Source: Caldisericota bacterium (lineage in GTDB: Bacteria > Caldisericota > Caldisericia > UBA6126 > JAGPKI01). Taken from it: a stretch of DNA of 64,000 bases. The notes beneath the pieces were generated by a model. It did no database searches. It saw only the letters and a list, made by a program, of their open reading frames with translations, and had not been told where the DNA came from. The stretch lies in contig JBPOJC010000039.1 in assembly GCA_052034135.1 (NCBI GenBank), positions 1,543 to 65,542 of the forward strand, given 5' to 3'. Of the stretch, positions 39,873 through 49,325 are shown in pieces (the stretch's first letter is position 1; every line of letters begins with the position of its first letter). A program made the position numbers and the translations under genes.

Positions 39873-40463
39873 ATGAAAAATAAAAAATACTTAATTATTT
39901 TAATTATAATTGTTGTCTTAGCCCTAGGTGGAGGAATTTATTTCTTTTATTTCTCGCATAGTAAAACTAATCCAAAAGAAAATATATCTAATCCTACAAC
40001 CAATGAAAAAAAAGAAGAAAAAGCAAAAGTAGATGTTCCTGTAGTTATAGATGTGAGCAATTCAGACAATGCAAAGATTTACATCGATGGTGACCTTGTC
40101 GGAGAGGGTAAAGCAGAAGTAAAAGTCAAAGAAGGAGTACATTCTCTTAGAGTAGTTGATGAAAATAAGGGTGAATACACAGAACCATTTTTCCTTAGTA
40201 AAGATGTAGGAACATTTAGAAAAACAGTTGCTGTCCAACCAAAAGGAAGAGCAATAACTTTCATTACCAATATTGACAATTGCACCATATACATAGATGG
40301 AACAAAAATAATAACTTTTAATGGTTCAATTGAATTAATGATTCCCTTAGGGAAACATACAATAGAAATCACACGTGAAGGATATGAAAGTTTTAAAAAA
40401 GAACTCGATATTACTGAAAATTTTACGACTTCTTTGAATATTTCTTTAAAAAAGAAAAACTAA
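39873..40463 (+). CDS. PEGA-domain membrane-anchored protein
   Basis: N-terminal TM segment, then two PEGA-like beta-sandwich segments (AKIYIDGDLVGEG...; CTIYIDGTKI...REGYESFKKEL). Confidence 0.6.
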   Translation: MKNKKYLIILIIIVVLALGGGIYFFYFSHSKTNPKENISNPTTNEKKEEKAKVDVPVVIDVSNSDNAKIYIDGDLVGEGKAEVKVKEGVHSLRVVDENKGEYTEPFFLSKDVGTFRKTVAVQPKGRAITFITNIDNCTIYIDGTKIITFNGSIELMIPLGKHTIEITREGYESFKKELDITENFTTSLNISLKKKN

Positions 40464-40482
40464 TGGAAAGGAGTATCAAGAG

Positions 40483-40722
40483 ATGAAAAAAGCTCTTTAT
40501 TTAATTCTTGGTGTAATTGTTGCAATTTTTGGTTTATGGCTGCTTATCATATGGTGGCCCTTCTTTGTGGTCTTTCTAAAAGGTGTGCTTGGACCAATTG
40601 TAATATTGGTCGGATTAATAATATTTATAATCGGATGGATGACTCCAGCAAAGGAAGAAACATTCGAGGAGCCATTATTGGAACCAGAAGCAAAACCCGA
40701 AGAAGAGGAGAAAAAAGAATAA
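40483..40722 (+). CDS. Small two-TM membrane protein with an acidic C-terminal tail
   Basis: 79 aa. Hydrophobic core followed by an EEPLLEPEAKPEEEEKKE tail. The alternative overlapping ORF at 40536 is less protein-like. Confidence 0.4.
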   Translation: MKKALYLILGVIVAIFGLWLLIIWWPFFVVFLKGVLGPIVILVGLIIFIIGWMTPAKEETFEEPLLEPEAKPEEEEKKE

Positions 40723-40741
40723 TATTTTCTAACTTTTAATT

Positions 40742-42100
40742 CTATATGTGAAGTGGTAATCCAATTGCCACTTCACATACTTCTCCAAATACTTCTGAAA
40801 AAGTCGGATGCGGAAAAGTTATATCAGTAAGCTTTTGAATGCCGATTTTCTCCTTTATAGCTATTTCTGCTGAAGCTATTAATTCAGTTGCATTTTCACC
40901 AACAATTGTACAACCTGTTATATAATTATCTTCAGTAAATATTTTTATCAAACCTTCTTTTATTGCGTGGGCTCTCGCTCTTCCATTTGCTGAATATGGG
41001 AATATGAAACTTTTCTCACCTTTAGTTTTCCCAACAGATGCAAACTCAGGCATTGAATAAACGCATCTTGGCATTAAGTCATAATTTATAGGTTTTGTTT
41101 CTTTATCAAATATTTTACAGGATGCAATTATTGCCTCCTTGTATGCTGTGTGTGCAAGCATGGATTTCCCGTTTACATCCCCTATTGCAAAAACATCAGG
41201 GTTACTTGTCTGCATATAATCATTTATAACGATACCTTTAGCTGAGTATTCAACATTTAAAGGCTTTAAAATACTCTCAATAATGTTTGGCTTTCTTCCA
41301 GCTGCAACAAGAACCACATCAAATATCTCTTCAACTAAACTTCCTTCTCTATTCAGGGAAAGTTTAATTTCATTTTTACTGGAATCTACTTCAAGGTTTT
41401 CCACTTTACAGGAAGTTATAATATTTATTCCTGACTTTAGAAGTGATTTATTTAATATTTCAACAGATTCACTATCCTCGCCAGGTAAAATCTGATTCAT
41501 CATTTCGACTATCGTTACATTACAACCTAACGCTTTATAAATAATTCCAAACTCTAATCCTACTGCTCCTCCACCGATAACTAATAACCTTTTAGGTATT
41601 TCTTTAAGTAAGAGTGCATAATCGCTTGTTATTACTTTATCACCATCAAATTCAATTTTAGGTATTTTAGATACAACTGAACCTGACGCAATAATCAGTT
41701 TATCAAAATTTACTTTTTCTTCTTTATCTTCTGTAGTTTTTAAAATTACGTTTTTATCTTGAACCTCTACTGCCTCTCCTTTTACCACTGTAACATTATT
41801 CTTTTTTAAAAGATATTCAATACCCTGTCTTGACATAATAACTGCTTTGTTTGAATGCGACCTTATTTTGTTAATATCATAATTTAAATCACTAAAATTG
41901 ACTCCGAGCTGTTCAATCTTTTCTCTTTCTAATAATGGATGAACGCTTTTAAGAATTGCTTTTGTTGGGATACAACCTTTATTTACACATGTACCACCAA
42001 CATTTTCTTTCTCAATCAGTGTGACCTCTCCCCCTATTTGTGAAGCTCTTATAGCAGCAACATAACCTGCAGGACCACCACCAATTATTACTATTTTCAC
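40742..42100 (-). CDS. lpd: Dihydrolipoyl dehydrogenase-like class-I pyridine nucleotide-disulfide oxidoreductase
   Basis: GGGPAGY FAD motif, GGTCVNKGCIPTK redox-active disulfide, a second NAD-binding GxGxxG, and a C-terminal dimerisation domain with the His-Pro-x-x-x-Glu region. Confidence 0.8.
   Translation of the reverse strand: MKIVIIGGGPAGYVAAIRASQIGGEVTLIEKENVGGTCVNKGCIPTKAILKSVHPLLEREKIEQLGVNFSDLNYDINKIRSHSNKAVIMSRQGIEYLLKKNNVTVVKGEAVEVQDKNVILKTTEDKEEKVNFDKLIIASGSVVSKIPKIEFDGDKVITSDYALLLKEIPKRLLVIGGGAVGLEFGIIYKALGCNVTIVEMMNQILPGEDSESVEILNKSLLKSGINIITSCKVENLEVDSSKNEIKLSLNREGSLVEEIFDVVLVAAGRKPNIIESILKPLNVEYSAKGIVINDYMQTSNPDVFAIGDVNGKSMLAHTAYKEAIIASCKIFDKETKPINYDLMPRCVYSMPEFASVGKTKGEKSFIFPYSANGRARAHAIKEGLIKIFTEDNYITGCTIVGENATELIASAEIAIKEKIGIQKLTDITFPHPTFSEVFGEVCEVAIGLPLHI
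40745..40782. terminator. Candidate bidirectional hairpin terminator between convergent genes, overlapping the last codons of lpd
   Basis: ATGTGAAGTGG-taatccaattg-CCACTTCACAT forms an 11-bp perfect stem followed by A/T-rich flanks. Confidence 0.3.
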
Positions 42101-42143
42101 TTTTTTCCCTCACTTTCAAAAAATCTATTATACTATATAAACT

Positions 42144-42989
42144 ATGATTGGAATTCAGCTCGTATTGTCAAGAGAGACAGACACTCTACTAAAAATGGTA
42201 GATATTCTTCAAATAGATTCTTTTCAATTCTTTCTTGATGGTAACTCCTTGCCACTCCATAAATTGAAAGGATATGAATTAAGATCCACTTTAATAACTG
42301 CTAAAAAAACCTTTGGTATAAAGAAGATCTTTGTTCATGCACCTTATAATATTTATATTGGTAGTAAAACCCGGTCTAAAAGAATAAGTCTATGGAAAAA
42401 AATTAAGGAAAAATTAAAACTTTGTGAAGATTTAAATCTTGATGGCTTAATTGTTCATACCTACATACCAATTAAAACAGAAATTAATGAAATAATAGAT
42501 GAAGCAAATGATCTTCTTTTCGATTTTGTTTCTAAAGTTCCACTTCTTTTAGAAAATGTTTCTGTTAAAGACAAATATGGAAGTAATATGGAAAAGTTTG
42601 AGCAGTTCGTTAAAAATATGAAAACTATCATACCCATTGGGGTATGCCTGGACACGGCTCATCTGTTTGAAGCAGGTTATCATTTTGAGACAAAACCAAT
42701 CGCTCAAGAGCTTTCTAAAAAATATCCAGAAGTATTTAAAGAAACTATTCTTGTTCACTTAAATGATTCTAAGACACCTTGTGGTAGTTTTATAGATCAG
42801 CACGAAGAGCTTGGTAAGGGAGCCATTGGCTTAGGGGCACTCGGAGCTATAGTTTCACTTTTTTCCAATGAAACTACTTTTATTACCGAACCACCCATTG
42901 ATAACCTGGATAGCTATATTAGCAATGTAGAGACGCTAAGAGGTTTAGTTAAAGCAAACATAAAAATAAAAATTGAGTCTATAGATTAG
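42144..42989 (+). CDS. nfo: Endonuclease IV-type AP endonuclease (TIM barrel)
   Basis: VHAPYNIYIGS, LIVHTYI, GVCLDTAHLFEAGY, VHLNDSK and QHEELGKGAIG correspond to the metal-binding motifs of the Endo IV family. Confidence 0.75.
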   Translation: MIGIQLVLSRETDTLLKMVDILQIDSFQFFLDGNSLPLHKLKGYELRSTLITAKKTFGIKKIFVHAPYNIYIGSKTRSKRISLWKKIKEKLKLCEDLNLDGLIVHTYIPIKTEINEIIDEANDLLFDFVSKVPLLLENVSVKDKYGSNMEKFEQFVKNMKTIIPIGVCLDTAHLFEAGYHFETKPIAQELSKKYPEVFKETILVHLNDSKTPCGSFIDQHEELGKGAIGLGALGAIVSLFSNETTFITEPPIDNLDSYISNVETLRGLVKANIKIKIESID

Positions 42990-42996
42990 GAGAATA

Positions 42997-43245
42997 TTAT
43001 TTTTTCTTTCTGAGCCTTAAAAACTTTTCTGTTATTCTCTTTCTCCTTTTATCTGTTTCATCTTCGTCAATCTCAATCTTAACAATTTTATCGTCGGATA
43101 TTTCTAACCTTAACCAGTCTCCCTCTTTTGCTTTAGCTGGGAGCAGAGAAACAGGTAAATCATATCTTTTTAAGTCGTTCTCCAAAAAAATCACTGCAGT
43201 TCTACTATCTTCGATTCTATCTATTACTCCCTTTTTATGCTCCAT
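42997..43245 (-). CDS. DUF3006-family small protein
   Basis: 82 aa (GVIDRIEDSRTAVIF...), immediately downstream of and co-oriented with an MBL-fold gene. This is the typical DUF3006 context. Confidence 0.55.
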   Translation of the reverse strand: MEHKKGVIDRIEDSRTAVIFLENDLKRYDLPVSLLPAKAKEGDWLRLEISDDKIVKIEIDEDETDKRRKRITEKFLRLRKKK

Positions 43246-43251
43246 AAATAC

Positions 43252-44832
43252 TTATCTCTCCGTTTCAATTGAATAGCTTTTACCATCAGTGGTTATAACT
43301 ATTGAGCCATTTACATCTGTTCCGTAAACTTTGACTCCCATCTTTCCTAACCTATCTAAAACCTCTTTGTGTGGATGACCATAGGGATTACCGTTCCCTG
43401 CCATATATATTGCTACTTCCGGAGTAATTGCATTTAAATATCTTTCTGTTGATGAAGATGATGAACCATGATGGCCAAGTTTTAAAATAGTAGCGTCTAA
43501 ATTAAGCTTTGATTTCAACATATCATTTTCGGCTTCTTTTTCTGCATCTCCACTGAATAGGAAAGTAATATCATTATAATCGAACTTAAGAACTATAGAA
43601 TTATTGTTAATGTCAGAGAACAGTTTTGAAGGAGGATTCAATACTCGAAGATTGTGAATTTTAGGAATCTCTGCTTTCATATCTTTAATATCCAGATCAA
43701 CTTCAATACTTCCTCCGATTGCTTCTAAAATTGGACTAAATGGAATAAAAGCCTTCCTATTTATTATAATAGGAGGAATAGGAAGATTTATTATTTCACT
43801 ATTAACCTTCACTTCTGGTTTATCTATCCAAATTTCAATCTTATTCTCATCTATCCATATTGTCATTTTCTTTTCTTCAGGAAGCCAAGCAACCTCTGCT
43901 CCAAGCGTCTCTGAAATTAGTCTTATTGGTAATGTACAAATTATTTTCCCATTAGTTATTGCTAAAAGTGGTTTAGAGTCTATGTTCCTAAAATTTATTT
44001 TATATTTCTTTCCTTTGTATGAAATATTAACTTCATTTACGTTATAAGAAGAATCAAAATTACCATTTAAGATTTTAACCAAATCCTTTAAAGGTATTAA
44101 TACTTTATCAGAAACAACTATTGGCGGATTAGAGATTTTCTTTTCTTCCCCGTTTACTTTTATTTTTTTACTGTCAATTTGAAGCTCTATTTTGAAATCC
44201 TCATCCTCTAATATCACCTTACCTTCTTCAGCAACATGATTTGACTTACAGTTAAGTTTTTGAGAGAGGCTACCAAGGTCTATATATATTTCATAATTGT
44301 TTAAGAGAAGCAGGAATAAATCTTTATTGGTTTTAATATCATCCATTGAAGGAAGCAAACTTAAAATCTCTTTTATCTGAATTTTGTCTCCTCTTTTTAG
44401 AGTTTTGATATTCAAGCCCTTCTCTTCGATTGTATCTAAAAATTCTTCATATATTGGAGTAGTGGTTATATCCTCGTTTGTATAAACACTCTTAACTGAA
44501 ATATTTTTCAAAATTTCAACTAATCCTCCAATATGGTCAGAGTGAGGGTGAGTAGCTATCATCTTGTCTATTTCTTTTATTTTGGCATTATTTAAGAATG
44601 CAAGAGCTTTTCCATTCTTATCTCCGCCATCTATTAAAATCTTATCTCCTTTATTAAACTCAATTAAAATCGCATCTCCCTGCCCTACATCTATAAATGA
44701 TATCCTTAAGCCTTTATTCTCGGGAAGATTGAATAGTTTACTACAACCGTTAAAAGAAAACGTAAAAAATACTATACTTACGAGGAGTAAAGCTTTTAAT
44801 TTATAAATAAGATTAGACCGATCCTTCTTCAT
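43252..44832 (-). CDS. Lipoprotein with a ComEC-C-terminal-type metallo-beta-lactamase fold. A pair of stalk repeats is inserted into the fold
   Basis: Lipobox-like FNGC. ILIDGGD...ATHPHSDHIGGL and ...LGHHGS...YGHPH MBL motifs are split by '...KVLIPLKDLVKILNG...' and '...RKAFIPFSPILEAIGGSIEVD...' repeats. Confidence 0.7.
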   Translation of the reverse strand: MKKDRSNLIYKLKALLLVSIVFFTFSFNGCSKLFNLPENKGLRISFIDVGQGDAILIEFNKGDKILIDGGDKNGKALAFLNNAKIKEIDKMIATHPHSDHIGGLVEILKNISVKSVYTNEDITTTPIYEEFLDTIEEKGLNIKTLKRGDKIQIKEILSLLPSMDDIKTNKDLFLLLLNNYEIYIDLGSLSQKLNCKSNHVAEEGKVILEDEDFKIELQIDSKKIKVNGEEKKISNPPIVVSDKVLIPLKDLVKILNGNFDSSYNVNEVNISYKGKKYKINFRNIDSKPLLAITNGKIICTLPIRLISETLGAEVAWLPEEKKMTIWIDENKIEIWIDKPEVKVNSEIINLPIPPIIINRKAFIPFSPILEAIGGSIEVDLDIKDMKAEIPKIHNLRVLNPPSKLFSDINNNSIVLKFDYNDITFLFSGDAEKEAENDMLKSKLNLDATILKLGHHGSSSSSTERYLNAITPEVAIYMAGNGNPYGHPHKEVLDRLGKMGVKVYGTDVNGSIVITTDGKSYSIETER

Positions 44833-45074
44833 AATACTCTCCTCCTTGTTGATATTTTGCTTATCTAAAATTATAACTTGCTAATATTATACTTTTTTTC
44901 TCTTAAATGTGGTAATAAACGAATTGCTTCAACTAAAATCTTGGTGAAATATATATAATTACTTTCTATAGTTTTACCTACAGAAAGTGTAAACGTTAAA
45001 TTAGCTATGAATGAGAGAAAAATATAAAAAGGAATTTCCTTAACACTTATATGACATTCTAAAAGTGGTTATTA

Positions 45075-45650
45075 CTCCCCTCCCGTCATTCTGAAAGTGC
45101 GGTATTATCGCACTTTTAATGAAGGATCTCTGTAACACTAGACGTCATTCTGAACGAAGTGAAGAATCTCCGTATTTAATCATTTCATTTTTTATTCATG
45201 TTTAGGTTTATTTTGCATGAGAGTAAAAAGAGAAGTTCCTTCGGTCGTTTAGAAAACACTCCCTCAGGATGACTGAGGAGGGTCATTCCCAAAATCTTTT
45301 ATTGGGAATCCAGACCTTATTTCTAAGCATACTTCTAAAACTCTCTGGATTCCCACGAAAGCAGGAATGACAATAAAAAGCGAATGAATGACAAGAAAAA
45401 TCATAGAAATGACAATAAAAATCGAGGGAATAACACGCAAAGAGACCCTTCGTCGCTTTCAGATATGCTCCTCAGGGTGACAGGAGGGGTTGTCGTTCCT
45501 CTTCGACATTAGATACGCTCCCTTAGAAATGCGGCATGAATAGTCATTCTTGAACTTATTTATTAGGGAATCCAGGCCATTTTTTTCTTTTGTATTTAGT
45601 TAGGAGTGACAAAATTATCTTTTTTTACTCCACTATATATTATGGAGGGA
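45075..45650. repeat. Copy C (longest) of the hairpin-rich intergenic repeat family, in the 1.2-kb gap upstream of gmk
   Basis: Contains gtcattctgaAAGTGCGgtattatCGCACTTt, gtcattctgaacgaagtgaagaatc, gtcATTCCCAAaatcttttaTTGGGAATccagacc, ..ctctggattccc.., 3-4 gaatgaca(a/t) short repeats, gacccttcgtcgc, ctcctcagggtgacaggagg and the terminal ..ccactatatattatggaggg. Confidence 0.6.
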
Positions 45651-45989
45651 TTATTTATATTTCTAAGTAGTATTTACTACTATTAGTTTTAAGCTTGTAT
45701 TGTTTATGATACGTTATCATTATGCACGCGAAGGTGCGAAAGAATGAGATCCTTTGGTTTGCTTAAGAAGACGCTCCACCGGACTCATTGATTTTCAAGA
45801 ATTCTCAATGTATATTAGAAGAAATACGGAAAATCCACAAGATTTCGGGTTGCAGAAATCTAAATATTCAATTACTTTATAGCTTTTCGTAAATTCTATG
45901 TTTGCACGGCTTCAATCCTTCACAGGTATTCTAAAAACTTGACTTTGTGAACTATTCTAGAATTAAAAAATATATTAGACTCGCATATT

Positions 45990-46017
45990 TTGACAAAAAT
46001 TGTAGATAAATTAAAAT
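45990..46017 (+). promoter_or_regulatory. Candidate sigma70-type promoter for the gmk operon (TTGACA-16 nt-TAAAAT)
   Basis: The -35 TTGACA sits at 45990-45995 and the -10 TAAAAT at 46012-46017. The predicted TSS falls just before the second ATG (46030), which has a GAGAGA SD-like sequence. Confidence 0.3.
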
Positions 46018-46029
46018 ATGAGAGATATT

Positions 46030-46614
46030 ATGGAAGAAAAAAAGAAATTTTTGCTAATAGTTATATCTGGTCCTTCTGGTGTAGGTAAGCAAACTATAGC
46101 AAAAGAACTTTTAAACCTTATGCCTGACCTTGAAGTTTCTGTTTCTGCTACTACACGCCCTATAAGGAAAGGTGAAAAGGATGGAGTAGATTATTTTTTT
46201 CTCTCAAAAGAAGATTTTGAGCGTAAAATAAAAGAAAGGTTTTTTATTGAGTACGCTGAAGTACACGGCAATTTATACGGTACTCCAATTGACAATATAA
46301 GGCGTATTAAGGATAAAGGAGGAAAGCTTCTTCTTGTAATTGATGTTAACGGAGGAAAGAGTGTAAAAAAAGCTTTTCCTGATGAAACTATTTTATTTTT
46401 TATCAGACCACCAACTTTTTCTGATTTAGAGGAGAGACTTCAAAAAAGAGGTTCAGAAACAGATGAAGAGATAAGAAATAGGTTAAATACTGCAGTTATT
46501 GAACTTTCTAATCAGAATTGGTATGATTATATAATTGTTAACGATGATCCTAAAAAAGCAGCGTTAGAAATAATGGATTATATTTTAAAAGGAGAAGGTA
46601 ATGAAAAGTTTTAG
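46030..46614 (+). CDS. gmk: Guanylate kinase
   Basis: ISGPSGVGKQT P-loop and a GMP-binding pattern. The start is placed at the second ATG, based on the promoter and SD geometry. The ORF track begins at 46018. Confidence 0.85.
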   Translation: MEEKKKFLLIVISGPSGVGKQTIAKELLNLMPDLEVSVSATTRPIRKGEKDGVDYFFLSKEDFERKIKERFFIEYAEVHGNLYGTPIDNIRRIKDKGGKLLLVIDVNGGKSVKKAFPDETILFFIRPPTFSDLEERLQKRGSETDEEIRNRLNTAVIELSNQNWYDYIIVNDDPKKAALEIMDYILKGEGNEKF

Positions 46615-46822
46615 CAATGTGTCTATAGAAGAACTTATAGATAAAGTAGAAGAAAATAAGTATATACTAGCGCTTAAACTTATGCTCCAAAGTGTAAGAA
46701 TCGCAGCTGTGAGAGGTCAAAGTCTCCCAATTGGTAATTACTATACAAATTTGATAGAAAGCGCCAAGCATGAACTTTTACTTTATGCTGAAGAACAATC
46801 TTTCAATGAAGAAAAGGCGTGA
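46601..46822 (+). CDS. rpoZ: DNA-directed RNA polymerase omega subunit (probable)
   Basis: 73 aa, in the conserved gmk-rpoZ position. The KYILALKLMLQSVRIA segment resembles the omega core helix. Confidence 0.55.
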   Translation: MKSFSNVSIEELIDKVEENKYILALKLMLQSVRIAAVRGQSLPIGNYYTNLIESAKHELLLYAEEQSFNEEKA

Positions 46823-46831
46823 TAACTATAT

Positions 46832-47296
46832 ATGGAACTTGAAATCTCCCAAATTTGTAAGTTATTACCACATAGATATCCTTTTTTGCTAATTGATAGA
46901 GTTTTAGATTTGAACCTGGATAGTAAAAAAATTACTGCAGTAAAAAATGTTACTATTAATGAACCTTTCTTTACAGGCCATTTTCCAGAAAATCATGTAT
47001 TTCCAGGAGTACTTTTAGTTGAAGCTTGTGCTCAGGCTTCAGGTATATTATTAAACAGCCTATCAAAAAAAGAGAACAAAGAGGGTCAATTAGGGCTACT
47101 GGGCAGAGTATCGAATTTTTATTTTAAAAGAGTAATAATACCAGGTGATATTTTACTTATCGAGAGTGAACTTTTAGCTTCGAAGATGTCAGTTTATAAG
47201 TTTAAAGCCAAAGTAACAGTTAATTCAGAGTTAGCTGGTACTGGCGAGTTAGATATAATTGTTGCAAATAGAGAAATAAATGACAGTATTGAATAA
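46832..47296 (+). CDS. fabZ: 3-hydroxyacyl-ACP dehydratase
   Basis: LPHRYPFLLIDRV and GHFPxxxVFPGVLLVEAxAQ motifs. Confidence 0.9.
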   Translation: MELEISQICKLLPHRYPFLLIDRVLDLNLDSKKITAVKNVTINEPFFTGHFPENHVFPGVLLVEACAQASGILLNSLSKKENKEGQLGLLGRVSNFYFKRVIIPGDILLIESELLASKMSVYKFKAKVTVNSELAGTGELDIIVANREINDSIE

Positions 47297-48290
47297 AATA
47301 AAAATAGCAGGAATTGGGAGCTACGTACCTGAGCGAGTTATGACAAATTACGATTTTGAAAAAATAGTAGATACAAGCGATGAGTGGATAACAACTCGTA
47401 CAGGAATTAAAAAGAGACATTTTGCAAGTGAATCTGAAGCCTCTTCGGACTTTGCAGTTAAAGCATCACTAAATGCTTTAAAAGATGCAAAAATAGACCC
47501 AAAGGATATTGATTTGGTTGTTCTCGGTACTGCTACGCCAGATATGTTGTTCCCTTCAACAGCTTGTATTGTTGCAAATGCCCTTGGTTGCGTTAATGCA
47601 ACTGCTTTTGATGTTTCTGCGGGATGTTCTGGATTTGTTTTTTCCCTTTCTATAGCCACTCAATATTTAAGAACAGGATATTTCAAGAATGCATTAGTTA
47701 TAGGTACAGAAACTTTATCTCGATTTTTAGATTTTTCTTATAGAGATACATGCGTACTATTTGGAGATGGCGCCGGGGCTATGGTTTTTAAAAGTGAAGC
47801 AGGTAGTATTGAGGATGATGCAGTAATTTCTATAATAACAGGGGCTGATGGAGGCGGTGCAGGCAAATTACTTCTTCCCGCAGGAGGATCAAGAATGCCT
47901 GCTTCAATCCAAACAGTAAAGAATCATTTGCATTATGTTCATATGGATGGTAAAGAGATATTTAAATTTGCAGTTCGTATAAGCGATACAATAGTTGATA
48001 CACTTCTTAAGAATACAAATTTGACAATTGACTCGATTGACCATTATTTATTTCACCAGGCAAATACAAGAATAATAGACTCTGCAGTGAAGAGATTAAA
48101 CATTCCAGAAGAAAAAGTCATAATAACAATTGATGAGTATGGTAATACTTCTTCTGCATCAATACCAATGTCACTTTCAATTTCATCATCTTCTGGTAGA
48201 ATTAAAAAGAACGATTTAATTCTGATTGTTGTTTTTGGTGCCGGCTTAACATGGGGTGGAGCCATATTAAGGTGGAATAAGGATGAATGA
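47280..48290 (+). CDS. fabH: 3-oxoacyl-ACP synthase III
   Basis: AGCSGF active-site Cys context and His/Asn C-terminal motifs (HQANxRI, GNTSSAS); 336 aa. Confidence 0.9.
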   Translation: MTVLNKIKIAGIGSYVPERVMTNYDFEKIVDTSDEWITTRTGIKKRHFASESEASSDFAVKASLNALKDAKIDPKDIDLVVLGTATPDMLFPSTACIVANALGCVNATAFDVSAGCSGFVFSLSIATQYLRTGYFKNALVIGTETLSRFLDFSYRDTCVLFGDGAGAMVFKSEAGSIEDDAVISIITGADGGGAGKLLLPAGGSRMPASIQTVKNHLHYVHMDGKEIFKFAVRISDTIVDTLLKNTNLTIDSIDHYLFHQANTRIIDSAVKRLNIPEEKVIITIDEYGNTSSASIPMSLSISSSSGRIKKNDLILIVVFGAGLTWGGAILRWNKDE

Positions 48291-49041
48291 ATTGGATTTT
48301 AGCGAAAAAACTGTTCTTGTTACAGGCGGAGAAAGAGGTATAGGAAAGAGAGTATGTCTTGATTTTGCTCTACATGGCGCAAATGTAGTAGTTAATTATC
48401 CTTTTATAGAAGAATTAAGCGAAGCAGAAAAAACTTTAAATGAAATAAATAACATTGGTGGTAAGGCAATAATTCTTAGAGCAGATGTCAGAAATATTGA
48501 TGAAATTGATGAAATGGTATCGCAAGCTGTACAGGAGTTTGGAAAAATTGATATTCTTGTCAATAATGCAGGGATTACAAAGGATAATCTCCTTATAAAA
48601 ATGTCTCCCCATGATTGGCAAAATGTAATTGATATTAATCTTACAGGGACTTTTAACTGTACAAAAAGAGTAGTAAAAGAAATGATGAAAAATAAGTATG
48701 GAAGAATTGTTAACATTTCCTCGATAATGGGAATAATTGGAAATGCAGGACAGGCAAATTATGCAGCATCTAAAGCTGGAATAATTGCATTCACTAAATC
48801 TGTAGCAAAAGAGTTCGGTTCAAGAAACATCACTGCTAATGTAGTTGCCCCCGGTTATATAAAATCTCCAATGACAGATAACTTGGCAGAAAATATAAAA
48901 AAAGCTTTTTTTGATAAAGTTATTATAAAGAGATTTGGAAAAGCTGAAGATATTTCAAATGCAATTCTCTTTCTTGCTTCAGATTTAGCAAGCTATATAA
49001 CCGGTCAAGTATTAGTTGTTGATGGAGGTTTAACTTTATAA
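48283..49041 (+). CDS. fabG: 3-oxoacyl-ACP reductase (SDR)
   Basis: TGGERGIG Rossmann motif, NNAGIT, and the S...YxxxK catalytic triad (YAASKAG). Confidence 0.85.
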   Translation: MNELDFSEKTVLVTGGERGIGKRVCLDFALHGANVVVNYPFIEELSEAEKTLNEINNIGGKAIILRADVRNIDEIDEMVSQAVQEFGKIDILVNNAGITKDNLLIKMSPHDWQNVIDINLTGTFNCTKRVVKEMMKNKYGRIVNISSIMGIIGNAGQANYAASKAGIIAFTKSVAKEFGSRNITANVVAPGYIKSPMTDNLAENIKKAFFDKVIIKRFGKAEDISNAILFLASDLASYITGQVLVVDGGLTL

Positions 49042-49071
49042 ATATTTCTTATTATTTTATAGGAGGCTAAA

Positions 49072-49317
49072 ATGACAGAAAAAGAGATTCTTGAAAAAGT
49101 AAAACCAATTATTGCTGACAAGCTTGGTATTGAACAGGATCAAATTAAAATGGATTCTAATTTTATAAATGATCTTGGAGCAGATTCATTAGGGCTTGTC
49201 GATATTACAATGGCTTTAGAGGAAGAATTTGGAACAGAAATTCCAGATGAGGAAGCTTCAAAGTTGACAACCGTTGGTGCAATGGTTGATTTTATAAAAA
49301 ATAATTATAAAGGGTAA
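49072..49317 (+). CDS. acpP: Acyl carrier protein
   Basis: 81 aa. The DLGADSLGLVD phosphopantetheine-attachment motif is present. Confidence 0.9.
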   Translation: MTEKEILEKVKPIIADKLGIEQDQIKMDSNFINDLGADSLGLVDITMALEEEFGTEIPDEEASKLTTVGAMVDFIKNNYKG

Positions 49318-49325
49318 AATTAGTT

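Noticed and set aside
40536-40739. Alternative overlapping ORF in the small-membrane-protein region
   Set aside because: The 40483 frame gives a coherent TM-helix protein with an SD-like GGAAAGGAG upstream. The 40536 frame is Arg/Cys-rich and reads like shifted sequence.
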